Positions 19,539-28,376 are shown, counted from the stretch's first letter. The stretch: 64,000 nt of DNA from Candidatus Fermentithermobacillaceae bacterium (GCA_018052475.1 JAGPNG010000005.1:11355-75354); one strand, 5' to 3'. The notes: generated by a model from the sequence alone, not told the origin. Program-made: numbers and translations.

Positions 19539-20999
19539 TCAAAACTCCTGCATAACTTTTAGATATTGTATATACAATGCAAACTCCAGTCTTAGTTTCA
19601 TGATCGAGCACGACAAAGGAACAGGATCAAGGGTGCTTCCCGTAGCCCCAAGTGAACCCGCGTGACAGCCGCCTCCGCATAGATACCTTGCCCAGCAGTC
19701 CATGCATTTCGGCTTGTTGGGCACGCGAGAAAGGAAAAACCTCCTTGCCAGTTCTTCCCTTTTGCCGCTCTCTTCGACTTTGCCTCTACCCCACGGCTCG
19801 TGTATGTAACCCATTGCAAACTCTTCTTGTCCAACCAATTGGTGACACGGGTATATTTCTCCGGTAGGCGTAACCGCCAAATACTCATATCCTGCGCCGC
19901 AGCCTGTGATCCGTCGCTCTTTGCACACTCCATGCGTAAGACCTATCTCAAAGTGATAGAAGTCTAGAGGGTCTTTGCTTCTGTAGCATTCTTCCCAGAA
20001 ATCAGTAAGCCGCAAATACGATTCTTCCAAAGCGGGAAGATCGCTTTCTGAGATAGCCCAATCCGTATCGACTCCTATGGCAGGTTCTAATGATATTTTC
20101 CTAAACCCTATATCATATAGATACTTCACGTCGTTGTAGAAATCCAGGTTGTACTTTGTGTAAGTACCTCTCACGTAGTAGTCGGAACCGCCCCTAGACT
20201 CAACAAGGGAAAGAGCGTTTTTCAATGCGTCATCGTGGCTCGTTCCACCATCTCGATATCTTCTCATCCTGTTGTGAGTCTCGGGTCTGCCGTCAAGGCT
20301 GAGGATGGCACTTATGCGCCACTCATTGAGGAAGTCTATAATGTCTCTGGTCAGAAGGGTGCAGTTGGTAGTGATGGTAAACCGGAATACCTTATCATGC
20401 TTCTTGGCCTTCTCGGCGGCGTAAAGCACAGTCTGTTTTACTGTATCGAAGCATAGAAGCGGTTCTCCGCCGAAAAAGTCTACGTCGAGGTATCGTCTGT
20501 TACCTGATGCATCCACCAGAAAGTCTATGGCTTTTTTGGATGTCTCAGGAGACATTAACATGGGATTTCCCCCAAAACGCCCTTGAGATGCAAAACAGTA
20601 CCGACACACGAGGTTACAGTCATGAGCAACATTAAGGCACATTGCTTTAGGGGTAGGCAGATGTAAAAGCGTATCATCGCTACCGGGTTTTAGCACCCCG
20701 TGTTCCCCGAAGACGTCATCACGTCCCCATATGGTCTTGCCCGACTGTGAGCGTATCTCATCCCAAGCATCCTGTATGTCATTAGGCGAGAATTCCGGAG
20801 ACAGCAAACACACAGCCCTATCCATCTCGGCCCGTTCTTCTTCCGCACTTGAGAATGAAAGAAGATCCAGTTCTTGTTCGATACAATAGTCAACCAGAGC
20901 TCTTCCAACCCGATCAAGTTTCAGCAAAGAACCTGTAGCCGAATCATAGGCAAAATCCGAACCACTAATGCTAAAGACATGGACCTGATTCGGCCTCAT
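19539..20999 (-). CDS. radical SAM/SPASM peptide maturase (SCIFF/ranthipeptide thioether synthase type)
   Basis: CNLVCRYC radical-SAM cluster motif, C-terminal SPASM cysteines (CGAGYEY...CHQ, CMDCWARYLCGGGCHA) and an N-terminal ~110-aa RRE-like extension. The start is proposed at ATG 20999 (MRPNQ), 2 nt after the precursor stop. Confidence 0.85.
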   Translation of the reverse strand: MRPNQVHVFSISGSDFAYDSATGSLLKLDRVGRALVDYCIEQELDLLSFSSAEEERAEMDRAVCLLSPEFSPNDIQDAWDEIRSQSGKTIWGRDDVFGEHGVLKPGSDDTLLHLPTPKAMCLNVAHDCNLVCRYCFASQGRFGGNPMLMSPETSKKAIDFLVDASGNRRYLDVDFFGGEPLLCFDTVKQTVLYAAEKAKKHDKVFRFTITTNCTLLTRDIIDFLNEWRISAILSLDGRPETHNRMRRYRDGGTSHDDALKNALSLVESRGGSDYYVRGTYTKYNLDFYNDVKYLYDIGFRKISLEPAIGVDTDWAISESDLPALEESYLRLTDFWEECYRSKDPLDFYHFEIGLTHGVCKERRITGCGAGYEYLAVTPTGEIYPCHQLVGQEEFAMGYIHEPWGRGKVEESGKREELARRFFLSRVPNKPKCMDCWARYLCGGGCHAGSLGATGSTLDPVPLSCSIMKLRLEFALYIQYLKVMQEF

Positions 21000-21001
21000 G
21001 C

Positions 21002-21157
21002 TTACTTTTCGGGACATGGCTGATTAGAGACAGTACACGAAGTTTTGCACGCCGACTGACAAGAAGCCTGGCATGACTCACAATTAGGAGTTTTCCTACT
21101 CCAATCAGGCACTATAACCGGAACAACGTGATTGCCTTTGCGTATCTTCTTATCCAT
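21002..21157 (-). CDS. SCIFF-family Cys-rich ribosomal peptide precursor (51 aa): MDKKIRKGNHVVPVIVPDWSRKTPNCESCQASCQSACKTSCTVSNQPCPEK
   Basis: Not in the ORF track because it is under 60 aa. GGAGGG SD lies 11 nt upstream. Six Cys match the SCIFF core C.ECQ.SCQSACKTSC...NQ.C. Immediately upstream of the rSAM maturase on the same strand. Confidence 0.8.
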   Translation of the reverse strand: MDKKIRKGNHVVPVIVPDWSRKTPNCESCQASCQSACKTSCTVSNQPCPEK

Positions 21158-21513
21158 ATTCAAAATCCCCCTCCATATTCACGACACTAATTCTACAAGG
21201 AATACACGCCAGCTATCAAGGCGAACAGGTTTTCGCGTGTTCTTCTGCCTGATCTGGCCACAGTTTGATTGAGATAGGAACAGGTATTCCTACTCATAAT
21301 ATCGAATAATTACATACGTTATGGAATCTGCCGTTGATAACAGGATTTGTTTTTGAAAAGTCTGTTTCTTTAATCGCGTTGTTCTATGGTTCGGGCACGA
21401 CGGGAAATATCAAGATTGAAGGTAGGTGGTATAGGGACTCAATTTCTGCAGTGATGCAGCTAACCTCTAGGGATGCAAGACGCACTCAGATTGATAATCA
21501 GGGAGGTGTTTCC

Positions 21514-22290
21514 ATGATAGCCGCCGGAAAACAATTTTCATTTTCGGTTCTAGTTCTGCTCTTCGTTCTGTTCGTCTATTGCATAGACTCATCTAGAAAA
21601 GGCAAAGTGCCGTCTATTAGAAAGCTGCCCGCTCTCGACGCTATTGAAGAAGCCGTAGGCAGGGCCACAGAGATGGGAAGACCGGTTCACTTTAGCCCAG
21701 GTATTGTGGAGTTGACCCATGAACGAGCCCCTCAGACCTTGGCTGGTCTGTCAATCCTTTCTTACGTAGCCGGGCTTTGCGCAAAGTACGATACAGACCT
21801 AATAACCACGATTATGATGCCCGATGTGTACGTTGTCGCCGAAGACGTGGTCAAACAACGATTTCTTGCAGAAGGCAAAGCTAGCCAATACAAACCGGAA
21901 ATGGTCCGGTTCATCGGCGCAGAACAGTTTGCCTACGCTGCAGCCGCAGTCGGAATAATGTACAGGGAACAAGTGGCAGCGAACATAATGATTGGAGCAT
22001 GGTACGCCGAGTCGCTGCTCTTAACCGAAGCTGGAGCCCAAACCGGAGGCATTCAGATTACAGGTTCAGCAACGGTAGCTCAGCTTCCATTCTTGGTCGT
22101 TGCTTCTGACTATTGCTTAATAGGCGAAGAGATATACGCAGCTAGCGCCTATCTTTCTAGGGATCCGGTTGAGCTGGGGGTCATCCTTGGCCAGGATATC
22201 GCGAAAGCCGTGACTATAGGGTTGATGATAGCGGGAGCCTTATTCCTTGCGTTCGGAAACGAGACAATTGTAAATCTCGTTACGATGTAG
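21514..22290 (+). CDS. hypothetical membrane protein (gene 1 of a four-gene cluster)
   Basis: ATG 21514 is preceded by an AGGGAGGTG SD. N-terminal TM helix (FSFSVLVLLFVLFVYC) and C-terminal hydrophobic segments. No recognisable domain. Confidence 0.6.
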   Translation: MIAAGKQFSFSVLVLLFVLFVYCIDSSRKGKVPSIRKLPALDAIEEAVGRATEMGRPVHFSPGIVELTHERAPQTLAGLSILSYVAGLCAKYDTDLITTIMMPDVYVVAEDVVKQRFLAEGKASQYKPEMVRFIGAEQFAYAAAAVGIMYREQVAANIMIGAWYAESLLLTEAGAQTGGIQITGSATVAQLPFLVVASDYCLIGEEIYAASAYLSRDPVELGVILGQDIAKAVTIGLMIAGALFLAFGNETIVNLVTM

Positions 22291-22320
22291 GCCTTTAGAG
22301 CATACGGAGGTGAATTACAA

Positions 22321-22950
22321 TTGAAGGACACGATACCTGTAGCAATAATGACGGTGATCGCTCTTGTAATGATATTGGATTTCTTCATAGGCGACAGTAC
22401 CGCCCTTGATTGGATCAACAACACAGCTGTAATTACCAGGTCATGGGGAATCGTCATTTCTGCGTTTGCGATGGGGCTCGGTGCTATTAACCTATTGCGG
22501 AGGCACTCTAGGTCCATAGTAAGGCGTGATGACAATGCATTTTACAGTTTCCTGCTGGTAGCCTCAATGCTGGTTATGATCGTTCTCGGCGTAGCCTCCG
22601 GCACTGAAAGCCCAGGCTACGACTTTATGTTTTCAAACATCTTGTCTCCGGCCTCAAGCACCATGTATGCGTCAATAGCCTTTTACATCGTGACAGCAGC
22701 TTATAGATCCTTTTCGGCGCGAAACCTAGAAGGATGGCTACTTCTAATCACCGCGGTAATCGTTATGCTTGGCAAAGCCCCTATTGGCAGCGTCATTTCA
22801 GACTTTTTCCCAGTAGCCAGTAACTGGATTGAATCAGTACCGAATACTGCAGGTATGCGCGCTATCATGATGGGAGCTGCTCTAGGAGTCATCTCTAGCG
22901 CAGTTAAGATGTTTCTGGGTCTGGACAAAAGTTATCTGGGACAACGCTAG
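22321..22950 (+). CDS. hypothetical polytopic membrane protein (gene 2)
   Basis: TTG start with a GGAGGTG SD. About 5-6 predicted TM helices. No recognisable domain. Confidence 0.6.
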   Translation: MKDTIPVAIMTVIALVMILDFFIGDSTALDWINNTAVITRSWGIVISAFAMGLGAINLLRRHSRSIVRRDDNAFYSFLLVASMLVMIVLGVASGTESPGYDFMFSNILSPASSTMYASIAFYIVTAAYRSFSARNLEGWLLLITAVIVMLGKAPIGSVISDFFPVASNWIESVPNTAGMRAIMMGAALGVISSAVKMFLGLDKSYLGQR

Positions 22951-22968
22951 GAAAGGAGGAAACGCACA

Positions 22969-23829
22969 GTGGCACAAAAATTGCAGTCGATACCAAAAAC
23001 GTGGATGTATGTACTTCTTTTGGCGGTACTAATCGGTCCTCTTTTGAAGCCGATTGGCATTCCTATAAAGATCAGCGAGGGCACACAGTCTGCTTACGAC
23101 GTAATCGACAGTCTTGAGCCTGGATCGAAAGTAGTCTTTGGATTTGACTACTCTCCAGGCAACGCGGCAGAAATGGAGCCTCAAGCTATTGCAATTCTTA
23201 AGCATCTTCTTTTAAAAGATGTAAAAGTGATTGGTATCTCTTTTCAGGCTCAAGGGCCCATGCTGGCTGTCAAAGCCTTTGAGGCAGCAGGGTGGACCGA
23301 AAAGGAATATGGCACAGACTATGTGAATCTAGGCTACAGAGCCGGAGGTCAAGGAGCAGTGGCAGCATTTGCCTCTGATGTTCCCGGGACGTTTAACACT
23401 GACTATCAGGGAAAGAGCGTTTCGTCCTTTCCCATTATGCAAGGAGTAAAAACTGCAGCCGACGTCGACATGATAATAACTATAGCTCCAGGTACGCCCG
23501 GTCCGGAAGACTATGTGCGACAGGTCTACAGCACCTACAAGACGCCTTTGGTGTGCGGAGTGCCTGCGGTTGCTATTACCCAAGTAGCTCCATATGTTCA
23601 AGCCCAGCAAATCAAAGGTATTCTTGGAGGACTCCCTGGAGCCGCTGAATATGAGCTTCTTATGAATCAACCGGGCAAGGCAGTTGCAGCTATGGACGCA
23701 CAATCCCTGGCTCACCTGCTAATAGTGGCGCTCATCATCTTGCGAAACGCAGCTAATATCTTCAGCAAATCGTCGCCCAAGTCGCAAACTACTGCAAGCG
23801 CTGGTAGCAGCGCAGGAAGGGATGTGTGA
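22969..23829 (+). CDS. hypothetical protein with N-terminal signal/TM anchor, soluble domain and C-terminal TM helix (gene 3)
   Basis: GTG start with an AAGGAGG SD 8 nt upstream. Hydrophobic stretches WMYVLLLAVLIGPLL and LAHLLIVALIIL. Confidence 0.6.
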   Translation: MAQKLQSIPKTWMYVLLLAVLIGPLLKPIGIPIKISEGTQSAYDVIDSLEPGSKVVFGFDYSPGNAAEMEPQAIAILKHLLLKDVKVIGISFQAQGPMLAVKAFEAAGWTEKEYGTDYVNLGYRAGGQGAVAAFASDVPGTFNTDYQGKSVSSFPIMQGVKTAADVDMIITIAPGTPGPEDYVRQVYSTYKTPLVCGVPAVAITQVAPYVQAQQIKGILGGLPGAAEYELLMNQPGKAVAAMDAQSLAHLLIVALIILRNAANIFSKSSPKSQTTASAGSSAGRDV

Positions 23830-23832
23830 TAT

Positions 23833-24423
23833 ATGAGTCTCAACTTTGGCACATGGGTAGCGGGGTTGATTACCATCGCCATAATGAGTCTTGTGTGGAA
23901 AGAAAACCCCTTCTATCGGTCTGCCGAACACCTTTATGTTGGAGTAAGTGCGGGTCATGCTGTGGTTATGGCCTATAACAACATAAAAGACATGGCATTT
24001 CAACCGCTCGCTGCAGGGCAGTTTGTCTGGATTATCCCAATAATACTGGGCATTCTCCTTTATGCAAGATACACAAAACAGGCCTGGCTTGCCAGATATC
24101 CTGTATCGGTAATAGTAGGCATAGGTACAGGGGTTGCGGTGCGCGGGGCAATTCATGGAGACTTTACTCAGCAGGTCGCAGCGACCATGAAAGTCGGCAG
24201 CGCGAACGAGATACTCTTGCTGGTCTTCGTGGTGATGTCTTTGAGTTATTTCTTTTTCTCAAGAGAATTTCAAGGGCCGATTAGCATCATCCCGAAAGCA
24301 GGTAGATTGGTTTTGATGGTAGCCTTTGGCGCCGCCTTTGGCACAACCGTAATGGGTAGAATGGCACTGCTCATAGGACGAATTCAATTTGTACTCGGCG
24401 ATTGGTTAGGTATACTCAGATAG
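23833..24423 (+). CDS. hypothetical polytopic membrane protein (gene 4)
   Basis: GGAAGGGA SD and ATG 4 nt after the gene-3 stop. About 5 TM helices. Confidence 0.6.
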   Translation: MSLNFGTWVAGLITIAIMSLVWKENPFYRSAEHLYVGVSAGHAVVMAYNNIKDMAFQPLAAGQFVWIIPIILGILLYARYTKQAWLARYPVSVIVGIGTGVAVRGAIHGDFTQQVAATMKVGSANEILLLVFVVMSLSYFFFSREFQGPISIIPKAGRLVLMVAFGAAFGTTVMGRMALLIGRIQFVLGDWLGILR

Positions 24424-24429
24424 CAAAAA

Positions 24430-24465
24430 GGGGAGCACACGATTAGATCTTGTGCTCCCCCTTTC
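24430..24465. terminator. bidirectional rho-independent terminator (9-bp stem ggggagcac/gtgctcccc)
   Basis: caaaaaggggagcacacgattagatcttgtgctcccccTTTCTTT lies between the convergent gene 4 (+) and recR (-). Confidence 0.75.
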
Positions 24466-24509
24466 TTTGGTTCAAACGAAGTGAAACCGGACACCCTTAT
24501 CTAGGGCTT

Positions 24510-25115
24510 TCACATCTCACGGCGCCCTTCCAGTGACCTGGCAAGGGTTACTTCATCCGCATAGTCCAAGTCAGCGCCAAAAGGTAAGCCTCTAGCAAGG
24601 CGCGTGACTTTTATGTCCATCTGCTTTAGGAGTCTCGCTATGTACAAAGCGGTAGTTTCACCGTCTATGTTAGGATTTGTGGCAAGTATGACCTCTTTTA
24701 CCTTTTCTTTGCTATCTTTTACACGCTTTATAAGTTCTTTGATCCTTATGTCTTCTGGGCCGATACCTTTTAGTGGTTCGATGTAGCCGTGCAGCACATG
24801 ATACAGTCCTTGGTAGCCGCCAACTCGTTCTATTGCCAGAACATCTTTAGGATAACCTACCACGCAAATGATCCCCTGGTCCCTCTTGGGATCTCTACAG
24901 ATGCTACATGGGTCGGCATCGGTTAAGTTACCGCATATTGTACAATAACCTATCTCATCTCTGACTTGCTGAAGGCTTGATACCAGCCGGTCGATTTCCG
25001 ATTTCCCTGAAACCACTAGGTGAAATGCCAAGCGTTGGGCTGTTTTCGGCCCTATACCGGGAAGTTTTCTGAGTTCATCTATCAACTCGGCAATCGGTTT
25101 TGGGTAATCATACAT
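24510..25115 (-). CDS. recR: recombination protein RecR
   Basis: HhH N-terminus (KLPGIGPKTAQRLAFH), C4 zinc finger (CTICGNL...CSIC), Toprim. 201 aa. Confidence 0.92.
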   Translation of the reverse strand: MYDYPKPIAELIDELRKLPGIGPKTAQRLAFHLVVSGKSEIDRLVSSLQQVRDEIGYCTICGNLTDADPCSICRDPKRDQGIICVVGYPKDVLAIERVGGYQGLYHVLHGYIEPLKGIGPEDIRIKELIKRVKDSKEKVKEVILATNPNIDGETTALYIARLLKQMDIKVTRLARGLPFGADLDYADEVTLARSLEGRREM

Positions 25116-25121
25116 GACATC

Positions 25122-25457
25122 TTACCACTTTGTCGGCATATTCAGCCCGCCGGTTACTTTGGCCATCTCTTGTTGACTTACTTCCTTAGCGGTTGTCATA
25201 GCGGCATTCAAAGCTGCGACGATCAAATCCTGAAGCATCTCTATATCTTCTGGATCAACCACTTCAGGTGATATCTCTATGGATTTGATCTCAAAAGAAC
25301 AGGTAACCTCTGCTTTGACCATCCCGCCACCGGATGTTCCTTCCACCGTTTTGTTGGCTAACTCTTCTTCTACTCTTTCTATCTCAGCTTGCATTTTCTG
25401 TGCTTCTTTCATGATACGCTGCATATCAAATCCGCCTGGCCCGGGGAATTTAGGCAT
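25122..25457 (-). CDS. ybaB: YbaB/EbfC nucleoid-associated DNA-binding protein
   Basis: 111 aa. It sits between dnaX and recR, with a characteristic MQKMQ..ELA region. Confidence 0.85.
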   Translation of the reverse strand: MPKFPGPGGFDMQRIMKEAQKMQAEIERVEEELANKTVEGTSGGGMVKAEVTCSFEIKSIEISPEVVDPEDIEMLQDLIVAALNAAMTTAKEVSQQEMAKVTGGLNMPTKW

Positions 25458-25500
25458 TTACATTCTCCTCCTATACATCTGACTTTTCTTCATCTAAAAT

Positions 25501-27153
25501 CTAACTTACGATCTTCCCGTCAAGTATGTTTATCGCAGCTTCTACGAGCGGATGCAAATCATCGCCGTTGCCATTTGTGCCTGAACTGGTGTTTGCATCA
25601 GGTCTATCAACTTCGACTGATAAGTCAAGTCGGATTTGTAGGATCTTTTCCAGGTACTCCTGCACTACTCGCTTATGACTATCAGAAAGGATTTGCTCCA
25701 TGTGCGTAGCATACCCTTCTGGATACGCAAGCACCAATGTCTTTCCATCAATAACTCTAGATGGCCTCGCCGGAAGAAGATACGCCCTAGCCTGGATTCT
25801 TCGCTTTTTCTGTAACTCATCGAGCAGCGTTGGCCAGGCCTGCTTCACGGCTTCCAATATGCTATCAGGTGTACTAAAGTCTTTTGGACCTGTATAATGG
25901 CTCTCTAATGCTGTGTCTTGTGAGATACCGCTATCTGCATCGGTCGGAACCGTAAACGATTCTGAGGGTAAAGGCGATGAATCTGAGTCGTCGCCAACCT
26001 TCTTTCTTGAGGCTTTGCTCGTGCTATAGGTGTAGGGTTTCTCGAAGAAAACGTCCTTTCCATTTGCATCGGAACCCGCAAACAGGCCCAACAGCGCAAT
26101 ATCAACGACAAGTCTCTGATTGTCAGTGTTTCTCATCTGCGCTATCGCATTGGATGTTGCTTCAAGCACCTTTATTAGCAGGTCCCTAGAAAGCCGTCCT
26201 GACAATTGCAACATGTCTCCAATCTCATCTTCAGTTCTTCCAAGGTCAGTTCCAACGCCCCCTGAACTCAGGAATAAGAGATCTCTGGCAAAAGCGCCTA
26301 TCTCCTGACAGAATTCACCCATATCCTTGCCGCGTTCAGATACCTCCTTGGTGACATCCATGACACCCTTTAGGTCTTCCGTTGAAAGGGCGCTAAAGAG
26401 ACGCACCATAACCTCGCCCGCAGTTTCCCCAAGGACTTCGCGCACGTCTTTCTCCAAGATCTTGTTCTCTCCATATGTCAGGCAAAGGTCAAGTACGGAC
26501 AGAGCATCGCGCATGGACCCCAGAGCCGCCCTTGCGATTAGCCTCAAAGCACCCGGTTCCCACTTAACATCTGATGAAACAAGGATTTTCTCCAGTTGAC
26601 CCTCTATGTCGTTGATAGATAGCCTGCGGAACTCAAGTCGTTGGCATCTGGATGCAATGGTAACCGGGATTTTATGTGCAGCTGTAGTGGCGAGTATGAA
26701 TATGACATGTTCAGGGGGTTCTTCAAGCGTCTTCAAAAGCGCATTGAACGCCTCTTGTGTAAGCATATGGACTTCATCTATTATATAGACCTTGTACTTG
26801 CCCATTACCGGCAGGTACCTCACGCTCTCCCTTAGGCTTCTTATCTCATCTATACCTCTATTCGAAGCGGCATCAATCTCAATAACATCCACCGAGGTAC
26901 CCTGAGCGATAGCGCTGCAGGTATCACATTCATTGCACGGTTCAGCGCCTTGCCTGTAGGGACAGTTAACAGCCTTGGCTAGGAGCCTTGCAACAGTGGT
27001 TTTCCCGGTTCCCCGTGGACCCGAAAAGAGGTATGCATGAGACACTTTGTTCTCTACAAGCGCATTTTCAAGAATCCTAATTACCGGCTTCTGATTAACC
27101 ACGTCTTCCCACCTGGCAGGACGCCAGACCCGGTATAGAGCAGTATAAGACAA
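25501..27153 (-). CDS. dnaX: DNA polymerase III subunits gamma/tau
   Basis: MSYTALYRVWRP N-terminus, Walker A GPRGTGKTT and zinc module CNECDTC. TTG start with a GGAGGA SD. Confidence 0.92.
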   Translation of the reverse strand: MSYTALYRVWRPARWEDVVNQKPVIRILENALVENKVSHAYLFSGPRGTGKTTVARLLAKAVNCPYRQGAEPCNECDTCSAIAQGTSVDVIEIDAASNRGIDEIRSLRESVRYLPVMGKYKVYIIDEVHMLTQEAFNALLKTLEEPPEHVIFILATTAAHKIPVTIASRCQRLEFRRLSINDIEGQLEKILVSSDVKWEPGALRLIARAALGSMRDALSVLDLCLTYGENKILEKDVREVLGETAGEVMVRLFSALSTEDLKGVMDVTKEVSERGKDMGEFCQEIGAFARDLLFLSSGGVGTDLGRTEDEIGDMLQLSGRLSRDLLIKVLEATSNAIAQMRNTDNQRLVVDIALLGLFAGSDANGKDVFFEKPYTYSTSKASRKKVGDDSDSSPLPSESFTVPTDADSGISQDTALESHYTGPKDFSTPDSILEAVKQAWPTLLDELQKKRRIQARAYLLPARPSRVIDGKTLVLAYPEGYATHMEQILSDSHKRVVQEYLEKILQIRLDLSVEVDRPDANTSSGTNGNGDDLHPLVEAAINILDGKIVS

Positions 27154-27233
27154 GCCTCATTCCTCCGAAATCGAAGTGCCTGCAGACGATCAAACATTGC
27201 GGAAATCACTGTGTAACCTATATATGTCCGGTA

Positions 27234-27503
27234 TACAAAAATTGGCCGTGCACTTATCTCCGAACGTCCTCCCCAGGCGGTACCGGCGTAGCCGGCTCCA
27301 GTCAGGAATCCCTGCGGCACATGAGAAAATCCGCTTACCGCTGCTTCCTCCCGGACCTGACGGGGTTCACGGGCTCTCATTGCGCAGGACCCAACCTTCA
27401 ACGCTACCCGCGCCAGCCAGACCCTAAAGAGGAGCGCCCTCGGATAAGCTTCAACCCCGCTATAGCGGATTGCGGGTTACAGGGCACCGCTATCTCCCCG
27501 TCT
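27234..27503 (-). ncRNA. ffs: signal recognition particle RNA, long Bacillus-type (scRNA/ffs, ~270 nt, with Alu domain)
   Basis: The minus-strand sequence contains the domain IV motif GTCAGGTCCGGGAGGAAGCAGCGG and the Alu-domain motif GCGGTGCCCTGTAACCCGCAATCCGCT. Its 5' GGCCGTGC pairs with its 3' GCACGGCC. It sits immediately upstream of dnaX, as scr does in B. subtilis. Confidence 0.85.
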
Positions 27504-27551
27504 AGCACGGCCAAACTTCAAACCCAAAGCGAGTTTCAAAAGACACTGATA

Positions 27552-27641
27552 TGGCGGAGGGAGTGGGATTTGAACCCACGAGACGCTTACGCGTCTACAC
27601 GCTCTCCAGGCGTGCTCCTTCAGCCGCTCGGACATCCCTCC
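27552..27641 (-). tRNA. tRNA-Ser (anticodon GGA)
   Basis: Cloverleaf with long variable arm, anticodon loop CTGGAGA, T-loop GGTTCAAATCC and 3' CCA encoded. Confidence 0.85.
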
Positions 27642-27679
27642 ATGTACACATGAACCTCGCCTTATTATACCAACTGCTC

Positions 27680-27769
27680 TGGCGGAGGGGGTGGGATTCG
27701 AACCCACGAGGCGCTCACACGCCTACCCGCTTTCGAGGCGGGCTCGTTCAACCGCTCCGACACCCCTCC
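27680..27769 (-). tRNA. tRNA-Ser (anticodon CGA)
   Basis: Anticodon stem-loop cccgc-CTCGAAA-gcggg, long variable arm and GGTTCGAATCC T-loop. CCA encoded. Confidence 0.85.
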
Positions 27770-27786
27770 CCTTAAGGAGTGGACAG

Positions 27787-28218
27787 CTAAAACCTAAGGC
27801 CGCGAAAAAACGACTCTAGGAGTTCTCGACACTCTCTTTCCATCACACCGAACTTTATCTCAACTTGGTGGTTTAGTCTCGGATCCGAGACTATGTTCCA
27901 CAAAGAGCCGCAAGCCCCTGTTTTAGGATCTTTAGTCCCTATAACCAATCTGGGGATCCTCGCCATAACGATGGCGCCTGCGCACATGGGACACGGCTCC
28001 AATGTAACGTACATAGTAGACTCCAATACTCGCCAACCTGTAACGTTCCGCGCAGCTTCGCGTATGGCCATCATTTCAGCATGTGCTGTCGGATCGCCCA
28101 ACGTCTCCTTCAGATTGTGCCCTCTGCCTACAACCGTGCCTTCTTTTAGGATTACTGCGCCAACCGGCACCTCGCCTAGGCAATACGCTTTGCGGGCTTC
28201 AACAAGGGCCATCTCCAT
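27787..28218 (-). CDS. tadA: tRNA-specific adenosine deaminase (the ORF could extend to 28293)
   Basis: CDA zinc motifs HAEMMAI and PCPMCAGAI. It lies next to tRNA-Arg(ACG), its substrate. Confidence 0.88.
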   Translation of the reverse strand: MEMALVEARKAYCLGEVPVGAVILKEGTVVGRGHNLKETLGDPTAHAEMMAIREAARNVTGWRVLESTMYVTLEPCPMCAGAIVMARIPRLVIGTKDPKTGACGSLWNIVSDPRLNHQVEIKFGVMERECRELLESFFRGLRF

Positions 28219-28297
28219 CCCGTAGAGATCGTAGCAATCTGCCCTCGAAAATTCGTCCAACTCGATAAACCACCATTCAAACCCGTCTATCAAAATC

Positions 28298-28376
28298 TGG
28301 TGCGCCCGGGAGGACTCGAACCTCCGGCTGACGGGGATTAGGAATCCCCCGCTCTGTCCACCTGAGCTACGGGCGC
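28298..28376 (-). tRNA. tRNA-Arg (anticodon CCT)
   Basis: Anticodon loop TTCCTAA in a gggga/tcccc stem, GTTCGAGTCC T-loop. CCA encoded. Confidence 0.85.

Noticed and set aside
27176-27653. ORFs of 83-110 aa on both strands
   Set aside because: They cover the SRP RNA gene and tRNA-Ser(GGA). The RNA gene assignments explain the region.
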